Made by a program: the position numbers and the translations under genes. Under the pieces are notes generated by a model. It worked only from the letters and a program-made list of their open reading frames with translations, had not been told where the DNA came from and made no database searches. A stretch of 64,000 nucleotides of DNA from Sedimentisphaerales bacterium (GTDB taxonomy: Bacteria; Planctomycetota; Phycisphaerae; Sedimentisphaerales; UBA12454): the NCBI GenBank assembly GCA_049518795.1, contig JBEKRK010000003.1, forward strand, positions 245,097 to 309,096, in the 5' to 3' direction. Shown here piece after piece: positions 57,318-64,000 of this stretch. Every line of letters starts with the position of its first letter. Position 1 is the first letter of the stretch.

Positions 57318-59423
57318 GTGAATGGAAAACAGATATTCGTAGGAAGACAAGAGGAACTTGAAGAGTTCAAGAAAGTTCTCGAAAATCCACAAGGACAAGC
57401 CGTTTTAGTCATAGGACAAGTAGGTATGGGAAAAACATTCCTTGTCAATAAAATGGCACAAATCGCACAGGAACATCCAGACCTCAAATGCGGCTGTGTG
57501 AGATACGAAGTAACTCCTACCGATTCTGTCGATTCTACAATGGCCTTAATGATGGATAATGCTTTTGAGGCAGCGGCCACAGAAGCCGGGAGTTTTGATA
57601 ATGTGCCGGAGAGAAGAAAACAGTGGATGGCATTGTTAAAAACAATTGTTCCCAAAGGTGATAAAATAGCTGAACTTATCGATAGTCTTCGCAGAGACCC
57701 TGCAAAAAATACAAGAGACCAATTTCTCGAAAGACTAAATTTGATTTCAAAGAAAATGCCGAAAAACGGGCGGGCAATATTCATAATCGACCCGGAAAAA
57801 TATATGCAGGAGAAAAGCGACCAATCGTGGGCAATTGTGGTTAAGCAATTGCCGGAGAAGATAAAATTTGTATTCGCACAACGAAATGAAGATATGCTGG
57901 TTGATAGCGAAGTATTCAACGAGTTAAAGAATGTGGTTCGTATTCCAGAAAAACATCTTGATGTGCTTGATGAGTTAAGCGTTGATGAATTGATAGGATT
58001 GGAATCGGCGAATATTAAATATCCGATTAGTGAAATAAAAAAGGTAATCTCCGGCCATGACGGGCATCCTTATGCTATTGGGGCGGCTTTGGGACTATTG
58101 AAGGCAGGAGTAAAGTTAGAAAAACTGCCCAAAAGGCCGGAGCCGAAAAAATTTGCAGAGATGCAATGGAAGGAGATATGCAAAAGAAGTGAAGAAGCAA
58201 TTAGATTATTCAGGGCATACGCAATTTTAGAGGTAGGTGTGCCAAATGAAATAATAGAATATGTAAGCGGATTAAATTCTTACCAAATTCAGCATTTATT
58301 AGCAGATAATTATCTTAAAGGGTTATTGCGAGAGGAAGGAGAAGGAAAAAGGATTTATCATTCGATATTAACTGACTACATACTCGGACAAATGAACGAT
58401 GAAGAAAAGAAAAAATATCATAAACAAGCGGTGAAAATTTACAGGGGGAAATTAAAAAAGGCAAAAGAAGAACAAATTAAGCCGGATGAATTGGCGGCAA
58501 TAAGACTATCTGAACACGTTCTTGCTGCTGAAGGAAACGATACTTTTGTAGATGTATTCATTAATGAATGCACAAAACCGTTATTTAACTTAGGCACATT
58601 TGATAGTTATATTAATCTATCTCATCGTGCATTGAAAATGGTAGAAAAAGACTCGGAAGACGAGACGATGCTTTTAGGCAATTTGAGCAATGTTTATTTA
58701 ATACGTGGCGAATTGAACGAGGCAGAGAAAATGTATAAAGAGGTATTATTGATAGATGAAAAATTTGACCGCCTCGAAGGAATGGCAAATCAGTATGGCA
58801 ACTTAGGTAATCTTTATATTACTCGCAACGATTTGCATAAAGCAGAGGAAATGTATATTAAGGTACTTGAAATAGAAAAAAAACTTGGTCGATTGAACAG
58901 CATAGCAAAAGCTTGCGGTAGTCTTAGCATTATTTATCGGCAACGTGGAGATTTGGATGAAGCCGAGAAGATGTGTAAAACGGCACTATCGATAAATGAA
59001 AAATTTAAACACCTTGAAGGAATAGCAATTGGTTATAGTAATCTTGGCGCAATTTATCAAAAACGCGGCGAATTAGATAAGGCTGCTGAAATATATAAAA
59101 AGGCTTTGGCGATAAATGAAAAACTTGGCAAACTTGAAGGAATGGCATATGGGTATGGCAATCTCGGTCTTATATATCAGATGCGCGGGGATTTGAATGA
59201 GGCCGAGAAAATGTATAAAAAGTCGCTGCAAATAAATAACAAAATAGGCAGGCTTCCAGGAATTGCAGCAGATTATTACAATTTAGGTGGTTTGTACAAG
59301 ATGCGTAGTGATTTTAAAAATGCGAAAGAATATTGGATAAAGGCACGAGATTTGTATCAGAAAATTGGGATAATTAATGAGGTAAAAGAATTGCAGGGGC
59401 TAATAGACGGATTGAAAATTTAA
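57318..59423 (+). CDS. STAND-type ATPase with C-terminal TPR array
   Basis: FVGRQEEL, Walker A GQVGMGKT, GHPYAI, IYHSILTDYI; about six 40-aa repeats of the form GNLG.IY..RG.L.EAEKMY.K.L.I.EK. Confidence 0.88.
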   Translation: MNGKQIFVGRQEELEEFKKVLENPQGQAVLVIGQVGMGKTFLVNKMAQIAQEHPDLKCGCVRYEVTPTDSVDSTMALMMDNAFEAAATEAGSFDNVPERRKQWMALLKTIVPKGDKIAELIDSLRRDPAKNTRDQFLERLNLISKKMPKNGRAIFIIDPEKYMQEKSDQSWAIVVKQLPEKIKFVFAQRNEDMLVDSEVFNELKNVVRIPEKHLDVLDELSVDELIGLESANIKYPISEIKKVISGHDGHPYAIGAALGLLKAGVKLEKLPKRPEPKKFAEMQWKEICKRSEEAIRLFRAYAILEVGVPNEIIEYVSGLNSYQIQHLLADNYLKGLLREEGEGKRIYHSILTDYILGQMNDEEKKKYHKQAVKIYRGKLKKAKEEQIKPDELAAIRLSEHVLAAEGNDTFVDVFINECTKPLFNLGTFDSYINLSHRALKMVEKDSEDETMLLGNLSNVYLIRGELNEAEKMYKEVLLIDEKFDRLEGMANQYGNLGNLYITRNDLHKAEEMYIKVLEIEKKLGRLNSIAKACGSLSIIYRQRGDLDEAEKMCKTALSINEKFKHLEGIAIGYSNLGAIYQKRGELDKAAEIYKKALAINEKLGKLEGMAYGYGNLGLIYQMRGDLNEAEKMYKKSLQINNKIGRLPGIAADYYNLGGLYKMRSDFKNAKEYWIKARDLYQKIGIINEVKELQGLIDGLKI

Positions 59424-60100
59424 AATTGAATATTTAAAATTTGATATCAGTTAAAAAAGAGCACAAGAACACAAGAGCATAAGTTAGAGTGATTTAAAAT
59501 TGAAGAATGAATCCGCCAGTCCGCCTGAGGCGGGTAAATCTTAATTTTGAGTTGAATAGACCGCTGAAGGCGGATTGAAAATTTAAGATTTAATCCCGAT
59601 GAGATAGCTTCCGCCAACGGGCGGGCATCTCACAGGACAAGTATTTAAAATTTAAGATTTTAGAAATGAGGTGCGTATGTTTATTTTATTAGGGATTGGC
59701 AAAGGTGCCTGGGCCGTTATTGCAGTGGTTACTTTAATTGTGATTTTAATTGCTGCAACAGCAATAAAGAAGAAAATGTATCCTGAGAAGATGGATAAGC
59801 CATGGAAAAAAGTGTGAAAATCCACCAGCCACAAAGGCACCAAGACACCAAGTCCTTGGGACTCCTAACGGAGAACATTGAATGAAAAACGGCCGATACA
59901 GCGAATTGAAAATTTAATAGCCACAAAGACTCAAAGACACAAAGGAAATTGAATCCGTCTTCGCCAAGGGCTTCCGTCTTCGTTAAAACTTCGACGAGAC
60001 AAGTCGACGCGACGCTTCGCGGATTGAAAATTTGAAGAATCCGCCGAAGGCGGATAAAAATTGAGAAAGAATAACGCCACCCTGAATGGCGGCGGCTAAA
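59424..60100. repeat. Mixed repeat cluster (TTGAAAA/TTTAAAA heptamers, CCGCC-N3/4-GGCGG hairpins, 8-mer arms, nested elements)
   Basis: Hairpins at 59521, 59561, 60040; element 59594-59637; arms at 59827 and 59918; nested element 59951-60024. Confidence 0.75.
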
Positions 60101-60303
60101 CCATACTTTCCTGTCGCGTTTAAGTTCTCCTGTTGTTATCGCTCCAGGCTCTGTTTCTGGGATTATATCCAATTAATTCATTTCGGATAGTTTTTAACCC
60201 TAATAAAAAAGCAAAAATAAAGATTTATGCAATAAGCAGCCGATGATAGACGTCTTATAATTAGTTGAAATTGAAATTATTAACCTTTTTCGGAGATGTA
60301 ATT

Positions 60304-60720
60304 ATGAAATCGAAACTAACATTATTGATGTGTGCGGCTGCGGTTATCTCTGTAAGCACTGCGGCGTTTGCCTTAAATTCGGGACATCAATTCAGACACA
60401 GGTGGTTCGGGCAGGACGCTAATCAGCCTGCAGGACAAGAGCCAAACCAGCCGGGACACAGGCAGGGCCTGCAGAAAATGATGGCTAAAAGAGAGGCACG
60501 TTTAGAAAAAATGATAGACGAGCTGAACCAGATTCGCCAAACAGCACAAAGCGAAAACGCTACCAAAACAGTCGCGGCATTAGATAAGATGATTGAGAAA
60601 TTGCAGGCAGCAGAAGATAAAATGAAGAATTTCACAAGCGATGCAAATCAGCCGCCAAGAGGCCATAGATTCCATAGAGGCGGCGGAAAAGGGCAGCAAT
60701 CAGACCCTAATCAGGCATAA
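60304..60720 (+). CDS. Secreted helical hypothetical protein
   Basis: Signal peptide ending AFA; coiled-coil core; repeated DANQP/EPNQP/DPNQ; GGAG RBS. Confidence 0.75.
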   Translation: MKSKLTLLMCAAAVISVSTAAFALNSGHQFRHRWFGQDANQPAGQEPNQPGHRQGLQKMMAKREARLEKMIDELNQIRQTAQSENATKTVAALDKMIEKLQAAEDKMKNFTSDANQPPRGHRFHRGGGKGQQSDPNQA

Positions 60721-60753
60721 AAACTAATCGCTGAGGATTGTCAGAAAAAGTTG

Positions 60754-60788
60754 AAAGGCCCGGCAGAAAAACTGCCGGGCCTTTTTTT
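60754..60788 (+). terminator. Rho-independent terminator
   Basis: AAAGGCCCGGCAG-aaaaa-CTGCCGGGCCTTT plus T-run. Confidence 0.9.
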
Positions 60789-60976
60789 GTTTGTGACACC
60801 CCTTGATAAATCAAGGGGCTAAATATGGCGAAAATGGGGTAAAAGTGGGGGGCTAAACAAACGGCGAAAAGGAGACAAAAAACTGGAAAAAGCGTTTAAT
60901 ACGGCAAATTCCATCTATTTAACTCTTGACAGAATCAATGACTTATGATATCCTGTTTTGCTGATATGATTGAGGT

Positions 60977-62929
60977 ATGAGAGGTATGGTTAAGAAAGTA
61001 TTAGAGGCTGCTGTTGTGGTAATACTCTTGGTATCCCTGTCTTGTAAAGCAAATACGTGTTTTTCCGATGATTTCGAATATGGCAATATAAACAACTGGA
61101 CAATTTCCACAACCGGCAATGCAACGGTTTCAGTTTCAGAAGAAAAAATTGTCAGCCCGCCTTACAGCATCGAGGTCAATTCGACCGGATACTACAGAGC
61201 TACGGCTGTTTCGCCTGCTTATGCACTGGACATTTCAAAGGACTACGAAGTGTCGTTTGATTTTTTAGTGCCGAATGTGAACAATAGTCTTTTCGAGGTC
61301 TTTAACAACAGCCAAATCTATCTTGCAATCAGCAGTGCAACTACTTTAAGCTGCTATGTGCCGCCGGGAACGGCGATGCCTATAGAGACGCTGCAGCCGA
61401 ATTACTGGTATAGGATAGAACTTAAAGTTCACCCGCTTACAAATAGTTATGACGTTTATATCGATAATGAATTCAGAATGACCTGTCCGTTCTGGATTCG
61501 TCCGGGTTTTGAAAATACCTTTAGAATAGGAGACAGTTACGACGGCTCGACGAACCGAGGACAGGGATATTGGGACAACTTTGTAATTACGCAGACGAAA
61601 GATTCCGACACAGACGGCATTGTCGACGATAATGATAACTGTCCGATGGTAGTTAATCCGGACCAAACAGATTCAGACCACGACGGCGTGGGCGACTTGT
61701 GCGACCAGTGTCCGCAGACGGCCCCTTATTCAAAAGTGGATGAATTCGGCTGTCCTTTCGGCGTGATTAGCGCCGACTTCGACGGCGACGGCGATGTTGA
61801 TTTAAAAGACTTCGCGCTCTTCGCGTCCTGCTGGCTGACTGAGCCCGGCAGAGTCGGCTGGAATTCGGCCTGCGATATCAGCGTTCCGGCCGATTATCAC
61901 GTGGATTCAAAGGATATGTCCGTAATGGCTAATAACTGGCTGGATGCCTCTGAAAGGTTCGCCATACTTGTCTGCGGAGTTACCGACAGCTGGATGGTTA
62001 CGGCTGTCGAACAGGCGTATCATACAGTCGCCGGCACGCTGAATTATGACAGCGACCACATTTACTTTGTGGCTCCGAACATATACGACTACAACGGCAT
62101 TCATTATTATGGCAACGGCGGCTCTGTATCCAAGGCAAATATTCAGAATGCAATCAGCGATGTGGCGGGTAAAAGCGGCAGCGACGACAGCGTGTTTATT
62201 TATATTATAACGCACGGCGACCAGAACGGCCTGTCTAATCCATTGATGTCCGGTGTCGAATTAGATACGGCAGTTGACGCGATAAACTGCAAACAAATGG
62301 TCATCACTTATGACTCCTGTTACGGAGAAAACATAATAGCTGATTTAAACGGCCATAACGGCGTTCCTCATAAAAAAAGAATCATAATCACTTCCACCCG
62401 CACAGGCAGCGAAATGTATTCTGCAAATAACCTTCCCCCCGACCCGTGCACTGATGCATATTATTATCCGCACGGCAGAGACAACAACGATGATGAGCCG
62501 ATGAACGGCTCCGACCCGAATCCGTGGGATGAGGGCGCCGAGTTCAGCAGCGGATTCTTTGAGGCTTTCTATCTGACGAGCTGGCAATGGACAGGTAACT
62601 GGATAGGGTGGCTGTGCACGCATTCAGGACTCTGCTCAGGCTCATATATTCCCGCCGGTCCACCGAGCTGGTATTCAAGAATGGATATCAACCATCCTCT
62701 CGTCGCAGACCGCAGCAAAAACAACCTTATCTCGGTGTATGAGGCGTTCGTCTATGCCTGCTGCGTGGACGAAGATAACCCGACCCTGCCTTTCTATGAT
62801 GCATTGCACCCCGCCGGCTGTCAAAATCATTATTATCGCCCAGGATATTCCGCTGAGCCGAAAATCTGGAGCGCTTACGCCGGTGGAGATGCCAACGGTA
62901 TTGACCCCAGTAACACCTATTTGAACTAA
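60977..62929 (+). CDS. Secreted multidomain protein: beta-sandwich, thrombospondin type-3 repeats, dockerin-like repeat and C13/clan CD cysteine peptidase
   Basis: DSDTDGIVDDNDNCPMVVNPDQTDSDHDGVGDLCD; ADFDGDGDVDLKDF; FIYIITHG and TYDSCYG His/Cys dyad. Confidence 0.8.
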   Translation: MRGMVKKVLEAAVVVILLVSLSCKANTCFSDDFEYGNINNWTISTTGNATVSVSEEKIVSPPYSIEVNSTGYYRATAVSPAYALDISKDYEVSFDFLVPNVNNSLFEVFNNSQIYLAISSATTLSCYVPPGTAMPIETLQPNYWYRIELKVHPLTNSYDVYIDNEFRMTCPFWIRPGFENTFRIGDSYDGSTNRGQGYWDNFVITQTKDSDTDGIVDDNDNCPMVVNPDQTDSDHDGVGDLCDQCPQTAPYSKVDEFGCPFGVISADFDGDGDVDLKDFALFASCWLTEPGRVGWNSACDISVPADYHVDSKDMSVMANNWLDASERFAILVCGVTDSWMVTAVEQAYHTVAGTLNYDSDHIYFVAPNIYDYNGIHYYGNGGSVSKANIQNAISDVAGKSGSDDSVFIYIITHGDQNGLSNPLMSGVELDTAVDAINCKQMVITYDSCYGENIIADLNGHNGVPHKKRIIITSTRTGSEMYSANNLPPDPCTDAYYYPHGRDNNDDEPMNGSDPNPWDEGAEFSSGFFEAFYLTSWQWTGNWIGWLCTHSGLCSGSYIPAGPPSWYSRMDINHPLVADRSKNNLISVYEAFVYACCVDEDNPTLPFYDALHPAGCQNHYYRPGYSAEPKIWSAYAGGDANGIDPSNTYLN

Positions 62930-63140
62930 TTGTTTTACGATGCGGTTTCTGGATTTTGTGCTGCCGGCATCACGGTATTCTTTATATAACCTCAAAATCC
63001 TCGCGAGTTATTTGCCGGTTGCCTCCATAAAGTGATTCAATGAAAAAAACAATTGCCAAAGAAAAAAGGATTTGAATTTTGCCAATTAAGAAGCGATAAT
63101 AACTTATATTCAGGATTAATAAATTTTAAAGGAGTAAAAA

Positions 63141-63395
63141 ATGGCGAAACAGAAAAGACAAAAAAAGACAAGCATAGCAGAATACATCGAAAAGATAAGC
63201 TCACGGATTTTCGACAGAGTAAAAGAAGAACTTGAAAAATCATTTAGAATGACGCCCTCCGGCAATATAAAGAAAATAAAGAAGATACTGCCGGGTCTGA
63301 AGAAACAAGTCCAAAAGAAAATAAAAGAGGAGTTAAAAAGGTCGTTTAGGGTAATGCCTGTTGGCAAGGCAAAAAAAGGGAAAAGTAAAAAGTGA
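63141..63395 (+). CDS. Small basic protein with an internal duplication
   Basis: AAGGAG RBS; KEELEKSFRMTPSG / KEELKRSFRVMPVG. Confidence 0.6.
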   Translation: MAKQKRQKKTSIAEYIEKISSRIFDRVKEELEKSFRMTPSGNIKKIKKILPGLKKQVQKKIKEELKRSFRVMPVGKAKKGKSKK

Positions 63396-63432
63396 ATCCG
63401 TCTTCGCCAAGGGCTTCGCCGCGACGCTGCGC
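63394..63432. repeat. Hairpin element CCGTCTTCGCCAAGGGCTTCG family
   Basis: First 24 nt identical to 59951-59974; related copies at 671, 26061 (reverse) and 56550. Confidence 0.75.
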
Positions 63433-63631
63433 GAAAGTTGAAAAAAGAAAGAAATAGAGCAGTTGAACGAAATTTAAAATTTAAGATTTTTAAATTTCGG
63501 TATTGGTAACGGTCCGCCAGAGGCGGATAAATATCGGTAACGTCTTGTTAGGCGTTATTGGTTTTAGGCAACGTTACCCAAACCGAACACGCGACCTTAC
63601 CAAATACCCATACCGGTAACAATATCTTTAC

Positions 63632-63886
63632 TTATTCGGTAATTTTGTAAACGTGGTCGCCTTTGCGGACACGGTCGGCAACTTTTATGCCGATAGAATC
63701 GCCTGCTTTGGCCTCTGTAACATTTGCGTTGTTGACCTGCAGCGAGGCAACGATCATTTCAAGCTCGGTAGTATGACCTTTAATTTTGATTTTATCGCCG
63801 ACTTTCAAAGGAGCTGTTAATTCAATGCCCGCAACAACCGGACGCGCAAAAAAGTCCGAAACTTTTCCAATAATCTCCTCAGTCAT
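63632..63886 (-). CDS. Translation elongation factor-like small beta-barrel protein
   Basis: IGKVSDFF..VAGIEL..LKVGDKIKIKGHTT..SLQV..AKAGDSIGIKV..RVRKGDHVYK. Confidence 0.85.
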   Translation of the reverse strand: MTEEIIGKVSDFFARPVVAGIELTAPLKVGDKIKIKGHTTELEMIVASLQVNNANVTEAKAGDSIGIKVADRVRKGDHVYKITE

Positions 63887-64000
63887 TTTTAGTTCCTTTC
63901 AAATTAAAGTTTTTTTTGCATTATCAGACAATACAAAAGACCAAGAAATTTAGTTTGACAATCCTTAAATAACGATTGCCCTGCGAGGGCCTTAAAACTT

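Noticed and set aside
59652-60172. ORFs of 63 and 147 aa on the minus strand
   Set aside because: Composed largely of translated repeat arms and hairpins; no recognisable domain

Overview
Bacterial chromosomal segment, most consistent with an anaerobic planctomycete (Phycisphaerae/Sedimentisphaerales-like). This assignment is an inference from the stand-alone 16S gene, the PEP-CTERM and dockerin-like surface proteins and the large LptD-like protein. Housekeeping blocks are xylB; lptD-fba-S41 protease-lysS-lolCE-lolCE-lolD-ilvE-polyprenyl synthase-DUF4139; folC; dprA; a PerR-led oxidative-stress operon ending in zwf; and cimA. Interspersed AT-rich accessory genes are three STAND/NACHT NTPases (two with N-terminal nuclease-like domains, each tail-to-tail with an HNH/AP2-type gene), an XRE-ImmA metallopeptidase pair and orphan ORFs. 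The most unusual signal is a dense set of very small mobile-looking DNA elements. (i) Palindromic NCCCGTTAGA...TCTAAYGGGN elements with 4-bp target duplications sit inside genes without breaking them (in frame, at a start codon, or replacing a stop codon). (ii) Two single-gene cassettes (GxxExxY and four-helix-bundle) are each bracketed by their own periodic 8-mer or 7-mer repeat arms in inverted orientation and sit directly behind PEP-CTERM terminators, with gene-less copies of the arms scattered through the window. (iii) Several hairpin families nest inside each other and pile up next to accessory genes. No CRISPR array, tRNA, integrase, transposase or reverse transcriptase was seen. All calls come from reading the sequence by eye; no database searches or folding programs were run.
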